NCBI RefSeq assembly: GCF_022539665.2 | Contig: NC_081333.1 | Coordinates: forward strand, 4,650,001 to 4,714,000 | Reading direction: 5' to 3' | Source of the DNA: Daphnia carinata | Lineage: Eukaryota | Length of the DNA stretch: 64,000 bases | Part shown: positions 25,190 to 38,418 of the stretch, piece after piece | Position numbering within the stretch: the stretch's first letter is position 1 | Layout: the number at the start of each line of letters is the position of its first letter | Position numbers and translations under genes: made by a program | Notes under the pieces: model-generated | What the model was told of the DNA's origin: nothing | Database searches by the model: none | Seen by the model: only the letters and a program-made list of their open reading frames with translations

Positions 25190-28100
25190 TACTATTTCCT
25201 TTACGAGGCTCTCGTTTTTTAACCGAAATCTAGAGCGTTTTAACGGTAAGCCTCCCAAATATCGGTTTAATGCTCTTTTCCGTGTACGAAGACTGTTGAT
25301 AAACTTCATTAGTTCGGACTTGGTTGATATGTCCCCCAACGACAACTAATTCTAATTTCTAATCAATGACACTCCCCCACTTAAACGTAGTGATCAAAAG
25401 TTACATGTATGTATCTCTATGCAAGGCCTATCGTAACTGAATTTCGGATAGCATGTTGTTCTGAAACTCTGGTTGTATATCAAATTATCGGTCTAGCTTC
25501 CTTTTTATTCCCGTTGACCAACCCTGGGACCAACCGACATAAATTTTATGAATTCTTTTTTGTTCCGAATCTTGAACGGCAAAAAAAAAAAGATTGATAC
25601 AGAAAGAGCTCAAGGGATATTTAGTTCAAACAAGTTCTATAGTATGAGTTGGTTGTTGTATCCACGACATTCTTTATGAGAGGAAAATGTAGAAAAATAT
25701 TGTTATCTCGCCACCGTTAAAAGCGGTACCCTATAAAAAAATGAGTCCGTGATCTCATTGGCATTTATTTCTCGCATGTAGCCACGAATAGGAATGTAAT
25801 GCATGCATACAGTTTGCATGCTTTCTGTGAGAAAAAAAAAATGCCCTTCCACGGGGTAGCAATAACATCGTAAGTGTGACGTCATTCCACCCGCCTTATA
25901 TCGTTCGGATTACCCCTTCAGTTTACTTCATTGCGTAGCCCATACAACTTTCAGCCAGCCCTTGGTGCATCAACTGTTAGTTCGATACTGCATGCTTCTT
26001 TTCGTTCCGCTTTTCGAGTCCTCCAATTTTTTAGTTTTCTCTGGCAAAGGCAACTCCAGATTGTTTATGGGCCGCATCCTTGCCAAACATCCCACCAAAC
26101 AATGGTGCACCCTCCGGCAAATAAAATGAGCCAGCTCAAAAGCGTGAATCATCAAGCCTGCTCGAGGCCATTGCAGTTAGCCTTATCTACTCACAGACTT
26201 TCGTCATCGTCGATAATCTTAAAAAAAAGGAAAAGAAAAACGATGAGAGACATCCAGCCAAGTTTTTTTTAAAGCATTTGCAAGTCGCTTTTGGTAGGTA
26301 AATAGTAAGAACGAAACTTATCGAAACTCCTGAGGTCATCATGTCACGGACGCCTTTCGAAGATTGAAGACATTTGAGTTGTTAATATCGATAGAAAGTC
26401 AGAGGAATTTGTTCGATAAGGACTAACGTAGGATGTCTGAAAGAAAAAAAAAGGGAGTCCCCCATATCCTGAAAACAAATGTGTTTTCACTTACGTGGCC
26501 TCCACCCGACATGGTGAACGTGAAGAGGGGCGACGCAGGTGCGACGCTGGCAGAATTGGGTTTCTCACCCTCTCTTTTGAAAGGGCACTGTTCCCCTGAG
26601 TTTCATGATGCGTGATACGACCAACACAAAAAAAAATAAATAAATAAATAAAAAAAAAGGAAAAAGCAGGAACCGAGCGCCCGAGGACTTCAGTTTCGTT
26701 CGGTTGGCTGATGGTTGTGGACGTTACACGCGTTCTTTCCCCCTTGATCAAACAACGCACAGCAATTTCCCATCAGTCTGACTTGTCTAGTTCTTTGATT
26801 AGACATATTCCCAATTCGATGCAGAAAATATTGTGAACATCTTTCCATCACCGTTCCGGATTACTTCAGAAATTGCATTTCAAAACGTTTGAAAACAGAA
26901 GAAAAAGTCTCGAAACACACCTTGGTGGATCAAACAAAGAACAAAAAAAAACAACAGAGGTAGGTGATGGATTCATAGTACATTTGATACGTTTCCTTTT
27001 TATGCAATGCCTTTTGGTAAACTACGAGAAATGAACGAAGCGGGCATTATATTGACTTGTTTGCTAGTCAGTACAAACAGGCTTCGTACCCGATATTGTG
27101 ACTGTTTGATAAGCATGTACGACAATGTCTCTAGAAAAATTCGTTTATGATTCACTATAACGTTGTTGGAACTCCATCGGATTAAGAATATGGTATTATC
27201 CACTTCCGGACAGAGGTGCTTCCTGATAGCCATTAAACTGCTGTATACTGTCCTAATGGTGGCATGTACGTGCAATGCGTAAAGTCGATTATCTCACTTT
27301 TGTATGACATTATTGTACAATTATAGCATTTTTTTTTCAACCCTCTTTAAGAAACGGTTCATGACAATAATAACACCGTTTCCTGGGGAACGGTTGGGTC
27401 CAAACGTTTTTGGCAAGTATCCTAATTTGGGGAAATGACCGGTATTATTATTAATACGAATGAGGTAGCTGATGTACAGTGCCTATCGCTAGTGGTCAAT
27501 CGGTAACGATCTGCTTGACCTTCGTGATAAACTGGGATTATCTAAACAGAAAAAGGTCGGCAAAAGCAGCCACAAAAACCCGTTGAAAAGACGAGATATC
27601 TCTAACGACTTTATTATGTTATCGAGCGAAATTCGGGTTAGAGCTCTTTGTTACCAATAGCCAGTCTGTCGATGTCTCCGACCGTAATTCTGTGTTAAAA
27701 ATCCCACAAAAATGTCAAGACTAGAATGACCGAGTGGCACTTGTTTTATTGGGTTCATGCAAAGCCAATATCAAAAACAACTTGAATCGCATAGTTGCAG
27801 GCCTTGCCTGCAACGGCGCACCTTGATGCCCTTATAAGCTGCTTTGTCCTTATAACAAAATTCCTTCAACAATCGACGTTAAATTAAAGTAAAAATAGAC
27901 ACAAATAAAAGAAAAATAATAATAACAACAATACGCAATTCCTGTTAGGGATATCGAGATCCCAGATATGCCTTTTATATTTCACGTTATATCGCAGTAC
28001 AGTTTCAAGTTGCAAAGTTACTGCTATGTAGCAGGGGAAGAAAGTGAGCAGGAGGAACCAAATCGATCTCCACCCAATTGGAGGATTTTGGCAATCCACC

Positions 28101-28715
28101 CAAGGTAGCGTGATGCAGGGGAATGACTCATTGGCTTTCATAGTCTCTCTAGCTCTTTCGCTTTTCTTCGTGGTGACACCCAGCAGACTTTCAACCATAT
28201 ATGGTATGCTTTTGGCTATAGCTGGCATTTCTAGCTTGCATTTCGAAAAAAAAAAAAACTGGCATGGAAATAGGCGCCACAACTTTTCTTACTTGAAAAC
28301 CATGCAACGCAGTCAAGAGACCCCTTTGAACTCTCATTATCAAACATATTAGTTAGACGAAGGGGGAAACCAGGACAACAATGGGTTGCTATGCGTTCTT
28401 AGTTTGGCCATCACCATTAGCTATATCGACTCCGCCTTTCTTCTTCGCATATACTCGCCCTTCCTTGGATTCACATGATCTCATGTGTATCGCTCGTTTG
28501 GATAATGGAAAAGTGCCGTGGCATACCAATTTCACGTTTATCGTTTGGCAAAAAAAAAATATGTGAACGCCAAATTCTACTTTTTACTAGTAAAAAATAA
28601 ACCTAAAACTTAAATTTATTTTTGCGGTTTTTCCCTGTTACCTAATTTCTGGTTTTTATTAACTTTTTTTTTTTACGTTGGATCGCTAGATTTGGAAATT
28701 CCGCTAACTCGGACA

Positions 28716-31700
28716 ATGGCGCTCGTCGACAATTTTCTCGGCAACCACCAGCACGGCTCTTCGCGCTTAATGATGATTCAGGTAAGCAAGTTAGCGGAAG
28801 ATTAATACTGTTATGGTACCATAGCAATAATTTTCACCCGATGAAGTAAGAAAAGAAACACCCAGATTCGCGAAACATTTTTTACTGGCCACCGTCGCGT
28901 TATCGCAGTTTGTTCATTTCGACTTGAGGTCTCCTAAATAGCGCCATTTGTGTCTGTTGCCAACATTCAGCCGTCCTTGCAGAACAGCTGGTCGTATTAT
29001 GGGCACGGTATTTCCAACCGAATCCTAGAGAAAGTGAAGCTGAAAACGGCTTCTGATGTTTAATACTCTGAGAAAGCGTGACAAGCTGGGTGAGGTCGTT
29101 GACTGATCCAAATACAATTGTCCTAAAGCGTAGACAAACATAGTAAGATGGTCAGTTGGACGAATGCATCGTAAATATGTGCTGCAAACTGTGACACCGC
29201 AGCAAATAAAGCTTTCGCGAGCAGCAATCTAGTGAAACAGTTGAAATAAAAAAAGGGAAGATTAGAAGATTTGTCAAACACGTGAATCGATGCGTGCAAC
29301 TGGAATGAACACAAATTGACTGTTTCAGAATGATATTGTATTCCAGTCGATACGGCCATTGGTTTTTACGCATTCTCGAAAGGAGGAAGCAAAACACGAG
29401 AAAACAAAAAGAGGAAGAAAAACCTTTATGTCCCCGTCGTTTGGCTTGTGTCGAGGAGAAATTGTGTAAGCGGAACAAGCAGCGGGTTATTCTCATGCCA
29501 CTTGTAGTCATGCAGGAATTTTATTTGCCTTACGCTGCTATCCCCATTCCGATACTATCTGTTTGAACAGCAACCAAAAAGAAAACTGGTTTCAACCGAC
29601 GACGGCTTTTCAAGACGTCGGCTGCGTTTATTGCGCCCTTGCCGAACATACAACAGATAGAGGACTAGACGAAGTCACGACAGAAAAAGAAAAAAACATG
29701 GCCGATGGACGCCACAAGGCGCTCGCCAACATCCGTTCCGAGTTGGTGGTCATCGGTGTGCCGTTCACCACTGATCCACATCACCGCCTACTGCGGAGCA
29801 TTTTTTTTTATTATTACCACTCGTTTCTTAAAATTCCTGTTTAAAAGACTCGTTTTTTTTTTGTCTTTCTCACTCAGCCGGTCACAGAGTCTACTGCGGA
29901 ATTTCGTAACTGACCAATAGGGAAGCCCAGAATTTCGGGTTCATGAAATAACGATACGACAATGTTGTTTTTTATTTTCTTGGATTTTTATTTTATTTTT
30001 ATTCTATTTCGATAGTATTCATTGTCCAATCCCTATGGCGCTTTTGTGATACTGTTACACATTGCTAAACGGTGCCGTGATCAACGATGTACAACCGCAA
30101 CGTCAATGTACATTCGTCGTCCATTAAAATGAATGCATGGCTGCTGCTTAGCCATTTTCCCATGATGGTTGTGTAAAGAGGTATAGGAAACGAGTGAGAT
30201 ACTCGGATTCAAATGGCGGAGACGTGGAGGAAAGAACCTGGCAGCTCCCACCGCAAAAACAACACTTATCGTCTCCTTGAAAGTCTTCTACTAACGCCCT
30301 TGCCGTCCACCAAGTCCACCGCAAGTCCTTCGAATTGGACTTTGCGGCGAATTGTGCAATACAAAAAAAAACAACACAATTATTAAAAATGTTTGAGGAA
30401 AAATGGCTATTTTTTGGTTAGGTGTCCTCCCTTTTGGCGAGTTTCCTCATTTTTAACCATTATGAATAAGCCCTGCGGATGTCAGCTTGTCAGAGTTTAT
30501 CGAACCATTTTTCAAGCCGGTCCTATATTTATTCTAGTAATAAGCAGAAGGAACGAAAAAAAAAGGAATGCATTTTATTTACAGCAGTGGGAGGAGGCTT
30601 TGCAATAATAGTTGAGTGAACACAATTATGCCCAAATTAGAAAAGAAGAAGAATAGGGTGTACATTTTAAGTTGGCCGGCACAGGATAGCGCAAACACCT
30701 GGCGCTCTGAAGCGCAATCAGAACGGAAACAAAAGAAAGCGCCGATGCAAAGAGACGACACTCCCTCTACAGACGTCATCAACCGGAAGTCGTCATAGTA
30801 ATAAGGACGATACAAACAGCCATCTGAATAGGATTGTGTGTGAGGGGGGAAGTAATCAATTGATTGTGAAAACATGGCAAGTTAGTTTTTCCTACATGAC
30901 TCAACGCTAGTCAAGTCCGAGAAAGAAAAAGGAAGTGAATGACAAGAAAATCATGGCCAGAAACTGAAACCAACACAATCTCCATCCGAATATATGTAGG
31001 TCAGGCAGACAGCCCCTGTATCGTTGTCGGTACCCACATTCGACGTAGGTATTGATGCACGCTACAAAACATGGGGCAGCATCGATCGATTTCCATCGAA
31101 GGAATTTTACTTGAACCTTCCTAGTCACGAAAGGATTTACGTCTTGAAACACCAGTCGACTCGCTTGCGTTTTGACCCGAATCCCATCAATAACCTTGAA
31201 AAGGTTTAAATTTAGCTCCTACGCCCCGAGACCTACGTTCTCAACTGTTTGTGAATGTTCGTATGTTTTTTACAATCAACATAAACGGCAGTGGTTGGCA
31301 ATTGACTAGAAATGCAAATTAAGGGCTAATCAGCTACAACATTATTTTATGGGAATAAAATTAAGTCTGATAAAGCGGAGTTAGGCTCAACCATTGCGAT
31401 ATTGCGTTTGTTTTAATGCTGATGCAACTGTTATCGTATTCTTTTCGTTTCCTAATACTAACCACTGATGGAAGACAACACATCGTTAAAAGTGTGGATA
31501 TAGACGGCGCATGCCTTCGTTTCTTTGAAAAATGACAGCTCGTGGTGTCAGTTTTGAAATGTTATTATTCAAGGAATGTCAGTCGAGCACATTCCCAACT
31601 AGTAGCTAGTACGACTCCGACTATGAGTTATTACCAAGGTTCACGGTCTCGTATGGCCTTGGCTCTGATGAAATAGTAGACCGACGTAAACTTCCTTGGG

Positions 31701-34700
31701 ATTCTGCATCAATCCCCTTCCTACCATATTAGTAAGTGAAGAATTTTTGGCAGCTACCTATCATCACCTAAATATTTTGCGTTAATGATCTACGCTGGGA
31801 CAAGTAAGTAGCTTTGAAAACGTTGGTGCCTCAACTAGTTCCCATTGGGAGCCAGCATTTTGTTAGCTGAGAACCGAGTTTTCTATGAAACCTTCTGGCT
31901 AAATCGTAAAATGCCGCTACAGGCTAAGAAACTCTCACGAATTTTGAGAGAAAGACAAAAACGAGAGCTCGTCGGACACGTTTATCTCTTACCTGGCGTT
32001 TCATTCCGTTCGAAATCTGGTGGACTTTCCTGTCATTTATGTAGCACTGTACGTTAAGATGTCCTCCTATGTACAGGCTTTTGCTCGTTCGGTCCATGAC
32101 TTATTACTCAATAACTCGATTAGAAAGTATTGCGTGTGTTTTAGTCGCGATTTAAAACTCGTAACAGACTGCGATAATCTTAAAATCTTGAGTTCTCACA
32201 ACCAACCGCAAAAACTGTCCAACATGTGTAATAGTAAATACAATTCTTAAAAAAGGGGCAGCCAACGACCGTTACGAAGACAGCAATGCGCCACGTTTCT
32301 CTCAGATGGTTTTGGAATACCAATGGCTTTTCGATGGAATTGCTGATCGTGCTATCAGCATATAATGGAGCGGTACTACAGGCTGTAAAAGTCGAATACC
32401 ATATAGACGTCAGCAAAGATCGATCAACAAAGAACCCACCTTAACGGTGCGCGTGCAACAAGACATGCAAGTGGCATGCAGGCGGATGCAAGAACTGTAC
32501 CTCGGTCAGTCGCGGTCTTGGTCTTATCGTGCGAGGGGCTTGTAGTCCCTTCTTTTAAACGTAGCCTCTTCTTTTTTTTCGTTTTACTCGACACAAATAT
32601 TTGGTTCCGCATCTTTTGGATGAACTTTAAAGAATAGTATATTCAAAAGTTCATTATTTTTTTGTGTGAAGTAAATGAAAAGCGGGCACACCTGCTGTTA
32701 TACGTAACCCATTTGATTGCAATCAACATAAACGTAACTGTGTTGTCTGTTTTCTTTTTCTTTTTGCTTGTGTTTATGCATTCCCTTATCAGGCTCGTTT
32801 CCAACAGCGTCAGCAGGAGGAGAAAGAGCACAAGCTGTTCGCCATGTTGGAAGAACAGCACGACGCGGCCGCAGTGGAGATGTAGGAGGTGGCCTCGGTT
32901 TGATACCGGCTACCCGAACGCATAGTAACGGGAGCAATAACAGCCAACACAATAGTGCTAGCAGCAATGCTTCTCTGTCGTCGTCCATTGGTTCTTCGCT
33001 CGCCTCATCCCTAGGATCTACCGGAAGCGGAATGGCAGTTCCTGGAGGTGGAAAGGTATAACAATTCACGTAATATTCCCTGTACTTTTCGTCAAATAGA
33101 ACTAGCCCTTCGATTCCTTATCTGGCGTTTTCACAGGAAAGCCATCGGTGATTAGGGACAAGAAATTTCATAAACATTTTTTAATTGATCCCATGATAAA
33201 TGGATTTCTAGGTGAGACAAATGTTTGAAGAACGTCGCAGTCAAATAAATGGCAGACCACCGGTTTACACGAAAAATGTGGAAACCCGTAAAGCCATACC
33301 TGTAACCACAAGAGGCTGGGACAGATCGCATCCTCTGGATCCTTTGCCGTCTAACGCACACGAGAGGAACCTTAAGGTGCCTACCGGTAGCCAACAGCAA
33401 CAACGCAGTCGAGCGCGCGGCGTCAGCCTGGAGCGCGGAGCACACGCTTTCGATGACGGTAAATCGGATGGCATCCGCCGAAGCAAGAGCCAATACCAAG
33501 TGGATGACGCTCCAGGAGGGACGATTCGCAATGCCAAACGGCCGCCACCGTCCGAAGGCCAAAACTTGTTGAACGTTTCCGGCACATTGAAACCGAAGAG
33601 CATGACGTCGCTGTTGGACGACAATCAGAACGCCATCAACAACCATCCAACCAGCAAAACTATTCCGAGATTCGGTTATAATCAGTCGCCCGTGCGTAAC
33701 CCGTCTCACCGTTATCAGCAGGCATATCGGTAAAATTGAGATATCTTGCGATGATTAAGTAAAACGAATATGCCACCTTATTTTAAAAAAAAACCTCATT
33801 GGCTAAATACAGAGAAGATACTCCAGATGGCAGCAATCAAGATCGAACGGATGGTACGCGTAATCGAAGTAAAAGCCAACAGAACGATGAATATATGAGG
33901 GCTGACCGGATGGACGATTCAGCCCGACTAGCTGCCAGTCAGGCAGCTGCCGCCATGGCAGCTGCGGCCGAAACGACCCGCCGATTGGAACGCGAGAAAG
34001 CCCAAATTCAGGCGGAAGCCAAAAGACGCGAGGAAGAGCTCATGAACACAATCAGACAACAACAAGAGCAACTCCAATTGCTAAAACAGGCCGCCTCCTT
34101 GGCTGAACAGAAAGCTAAGGTATGTGTATATTATTTAATTCCATTCGATCCTGTCCCACGCACGAGTTTCAAATATACAACGGGGATCAATAACAATGGA
34201 CTAACTGATTTAACAAAAAAGAAAAAAGCATAATCATAAAGTAACGCCATTCCATCTCACTCTGCGGTCTTGAAAGTTTGGTGATGATTCAAAACAGTGG
34301 GCAGACAGTCATTCGTCATTCACTCCTAAACACAACTTTGGGGGTTGCCATGACTACCAAAGGGCAACGGTTAACGGCGCCCGATTTCCATCCCCTTGTC
34401 TTTTTCTGTTGTCATAACAACATTTAATTTCGATTGATCCATCACACCGTTTTTTTTTTTACTGCGTATTCGTTTTGGGGTGAGGGTAGAAAGAAAAAGC
34501 ATTCAGTCCAGCGCCAACAGCATGCGATCAAAAGTTTGTTAGAATAAAGCTGCGTCTTTTCTGAAACCAAATCTCATTAGGTTTCTTTTATTTCGTGTAC
34601 AAATCCAGGCAGCAGCTGCAGCTCCGGCCACAGCCTCAGTTTCACGGCCTTCGCGTCCGATGAGAAACTCATATCGACCAGCAGAGGAGAGCGATGATTC

Positions 34701-35975
34701 AAAATCAAGCGTTTCGGACGACGCGGTCGTTTCGCCGCCCAGTTCTAGAGGTTGGAACCCGGCTCCTAATTCAAAGGTACTTTTTCATGTTTCAGAATTT
34801 CGTAAGGATGTTTGCTTGTGCCTTTGTTTGTTTTGTTTTTGTTTCCTATTGACTTATTTTTACTCGATATTGACTTTAAAAAATTCAATTTTTCATTCTA
34901 TTTATTGTTGAATGGCAGAAATCTTCCACAAGCGCTACACATGAGACGAGTGCTACACCTACACCCGTAAAACCGAAATTAGCACCAAAGCCCGTGGTCG
35001 AATCGTCTCCAACCAAGAACGCTACAATGCCACGCAAGTCCATTTTTGCCACTGGCCCATCGGCTGGTGGTAAAGATGGCCTAATTGCATGTTCTCTATG
35101 TGGCCGGAATTTCGCCTCGGACAGGATAGAGAAACACGAAGGCATTTGCGCTAAAACCAAAGCTAAGAAGCGCAAAGTTTTCGACATAACCAAGATGAGA
35201 GTTAAAGGTACTGAGGCCGAAAGCTTTGTTCTGGCCCCACCCGGTCGTAATAATCAGCAGAACAGCAGCAACAATAAGAAACCAATCAGCATTGGTCAGC
35301 ACATTTTGCAACAGCAACAGCAGGCGGCAAAGGTGACTGCTGCTCCCAGTGCCAAGGAATCGGTAAGACGACGACACTTGCAATTTCTTATTAGCTAAGA
35401 TGTGCCAAAATAAAAGACTTTTTTCTCCTTAGGAGGACAGCAAAAAAGCTGATTGGCGCAAGAAACACGAATCTTTCATTGAAGCCATACGAGCTGCCAA
35501 AGGTTAGCCTTGTGGAAAACAGAACATTGTTGTATTGTTTTCCATGCTCAATGCATTACATTTTTTTCACAGCTATGCAGAAGCATCTTAAAGCAGGAGG
35601 GAAATTGTCGGATTTACCACCCCCACCGCCGTCTGATACAAGTAGGGAAACTAGTTGATAATTTTATTGATTAAATTCCATTTACACAATTTCATAAAAC
35701 TTTTTTTTTGGGCCAATTCTAGGTGACTATATCACATGTCCGTACTGCCAGAGGTTAGAAAACAAAGTTTTTTAAATAATTACTGTTGACGTAATATAAG
35801 CTGTTGGTTTTCAACTAAGCGAAAGACCTCAAAAAGTTCAATACGATGTCAACATAAAAAATTTATTGAACATTATTTTTTTTATTTTTTTAGGCGTTTT
35901 TCGCCTGGAGCGGCTGATAGGCATATCCCAAAATGTTCTACCATTTTATCCAACAAAAAAAAGGTCCACAAATAA
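28716..35975 (+). CDS. ZC2HC1C: C2HC-type zinc finger protein (ZC2HC1C-like); carries a 1-nt frameshift in exon 2 as assembled
   Basis: Exons 28716-28781, 32793-33055, 33212-33729, 33813-34119, 34609-34776, 34919-35362, 35433-35502, 35573-35641, 35723-35753, 35894-35975. Fingers CSLCGRNFASDRIEKHEGIC and CPYCQRRFSPGAADRHIPKC, plus KRKVFD, WRKKHESFIEAIRAAK and PPPPP. The N-terminal SRLMMIQARFQQRQ and GGKVRQMFEERR match the arthropod family as I recall it. Confidence 0.85.
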
Positions 35976-36375
35976 CAACTGTTACAATAAAAAGCGCATA
36001 AAGCACTCATATCGCAAAACCACAACAATCGCCTAACGTGCATTCCGGCCATGAAAGGAGGTACAGCAGTTGAATTCCGAACGTGGAGAAAAACGTGAAT
36101 TGGTTGGAATATTAACCGGAAACATAAAAAAGCAAAATTTACTACAATAACCATGAGTAACAACGTAACTGTATGTGCATTATGATTCAACGTTGGTTCT
36201 GGATGGCTTTTCACGAAGAAACGTGTATTACAATTTCTATACCATTTCATGGAAGCGTCATCAATACATTGAAAGACAGTAAACAAGTTCCCTAACTGGT
36301 CACACTTATTTTGTTATAAATTTTGTGGTTTCGGAATAAAACAATCGCTTCTGCATCGCTTCGCACGACTACATT

Positions 36376-37412
36376 TCAAAACGTGAGCTGTTTGATTTCG
36401 GTTAATAGTGATTGGCTATCTAAGGTTTCCTTTACTAGCTGGCAAACATCAAGCGTGACTTCTTCGACCGATCTGCTAGCATCTACAACCTAAAAATGTA
36501 TCCTTTTGTACATTAATATTGAAGGAGATTTTTTCATTAGTTTTACCTTCCACGTTTCATCCTTAAGCTTGAGGTAGTTTGATCTAACCAGTTTCTGCAT
36601 TTCAAGATTTTCGTAGCGTTCCACTCCATACTCGCCTCTAGTTTGGGCCACAGTGGGATCGATATCCAAAAATATTACCAAATCAGGTTTCAATAATCCA
36701 GTATCAGATTTCTGGCACCAGGTCAAGTCCATATTCTACAAAACACAAAGGCAAATAAAGATTTTCCATGAAAATGATTTCTCCTTAGAAATTCCTTGAC
36801 ATATATAGCATACAGGCTTTGCAGCAGAGAAGGCAATCCCTGAATATGAGTAACGGTCCACAATGATGTTTGTGCCTTTACATATTAATTTTTTCATATC
36901 AGGCCTAGATTACAAATACATGTAGTGTTTGGCACAAATTTACGGGAAAGGACAGCTTACAGTAGTTCCCATCTATTGGCTGAAAAGAGCAAATGGATTG
37001 CATGGTCTTCTAATTCTGCATTACATTCCAAATATTTATTGATAAGACTTCCTGTAAAGGAGTTAAAAGTATGATCCTAAAATGTGTCATTTTTGTGTAG
37101 AAGAGAATTCAGAATTTTCACCGATTGTAGTTGACCGTTCTGAAGCAAATATAAGGCAGAAAAAATTATTAATTAATACCTTCATCAGCAAAATCTAATA
37201 AACAAAATATACCTGGAAATCTCATAAAATGTGATTCTATATTGGTCTGTTTTAGCCAACTCATTACCTTTCAGAAATTTTTTATTTTATATATAACTTC
37301 TTGAAAATAAGGCTTTGTTTTTGTGGTTTGGTACCTTTTGGCATTGAGTGGTTTTTCCCGACCGATCACATCCTTCCAATACGATGAGAGCTCCTCGTTT
37401 TATAATTTCCAT
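36376..37412 (-). CDS. DTYMK: Thymidylate (dTMP) kinase, 7 exons
   Basis: Exons 37412-37335, 37267-37213, 37139-37122, 37051-36961, 36904-36814, 36735-36547, 36489-36376. P-loop RGALIVLEGCDRSGKTTQ, FMRFPERSTTIG, IHLLFSANRWE, IIVDRYSYSGIAFS, GLLKPDLVIFL, YGVERYE. Confidence 0.96.
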
Positions 37413-38418
37413 TTGAAATCTAATATGATTTAGAGTTTAGTAATAAAAGACGCTAAGAAAGGATCGACGTGAGTTAAAGACGGTAAAAAGAAGCTTCTAT
37501 TTTCAGCTGTCACTTGATTACTTCATACAAGTCTCTGCTTGTCTGCTATGTAGTTCCCGCTCAAATTTCTATAGCCATATTGCAGACGAATTCTACAACT
37601 GATTGAATATCACGAAATTCGAGCGATGTTTAGACTTAGATTTAATTTGAAATGTTTTAGAGATTTTTCCTCCATAGTGAACCAATATATACAGAGTTAG
37701 ATTCCTTTTTGCTCAGTCACTGATATTATGATTGACTTAAATTTTTTTTAGTTCAACATGAGGATCTTCTGTTTTCTGATTAGACAAATTGGTTCATCTG
37801 CCTAGTTGGTAAAGAGCTGCGGACAAGCTGTAACTAAGCTACTAGCGAAGGCGCACAGAGACTGAAGCAGAGCTAAAATTTTTAATTTAATGTAAATGTT
37901 TCCAATTCTAATCCAAGTGATGCAATGTATATTTGAAATTTGATGGTGTGTCAGAAAATAATAATAAAAACACCAAAGTTAATCATTGACATAGTTTGAA
38001 TGGGGAAGTCAGGGAACAGGACGAATGTAGAAAAACAATAATCCTGAAAAATGGCACGTGCGCTGCCCGAATCCACACAAAAAGGAGAAAAAAAAATAAA
38101 ATAACAGATGTACAGACAGTTACGTTACGATAGAGGCACTTGGAAATGATCAGTTGATGTAAACCGCAGTTTTCATCAGAGAGATTGCACTGGAAATGTA
38201 CATCGTTTCGCGTCCGATCACGATATTTAGTATGACAAATATATATATATATAGCAGTCATGATATCCTGTACTTCTAACCAGTTAAACTTGGAACGTTC
38301 TTTGGGAATGACAGCTCTTGCATCATCATAATGCAACAAGGTTCAAATTGGACCCATTGTTTACATACTACTCGAAACATTTAAATAGATACACGTGCTA
38401 CCGTTGTTATCAATGTAT

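Noticed and set aside
27458..27524. let-7-like sequence TGAGGTAGCTGATGTACAGT with a partly complementary downstream arm
   Set aside because: The seed matches but the middle differs from let-7, the hand-folded stem needs many bulges, and I saw no mir-100/mir-125 neighbours. Small-RNA reads would be needed.
33152..33709. 185-aa minus-strand ORF and other antisense ORFs over real exons (e.g. 45690-46190, 53791-54501)
   Set aside because: Shadow frames of GC-richer or repetitive coding exons on the opposite strand.
37791..37870. tRNA A-box-like TGCCTAGTTGGTAAAG
   Set aside because: No B-box (GTTCRA) and no cloverleaf stems.
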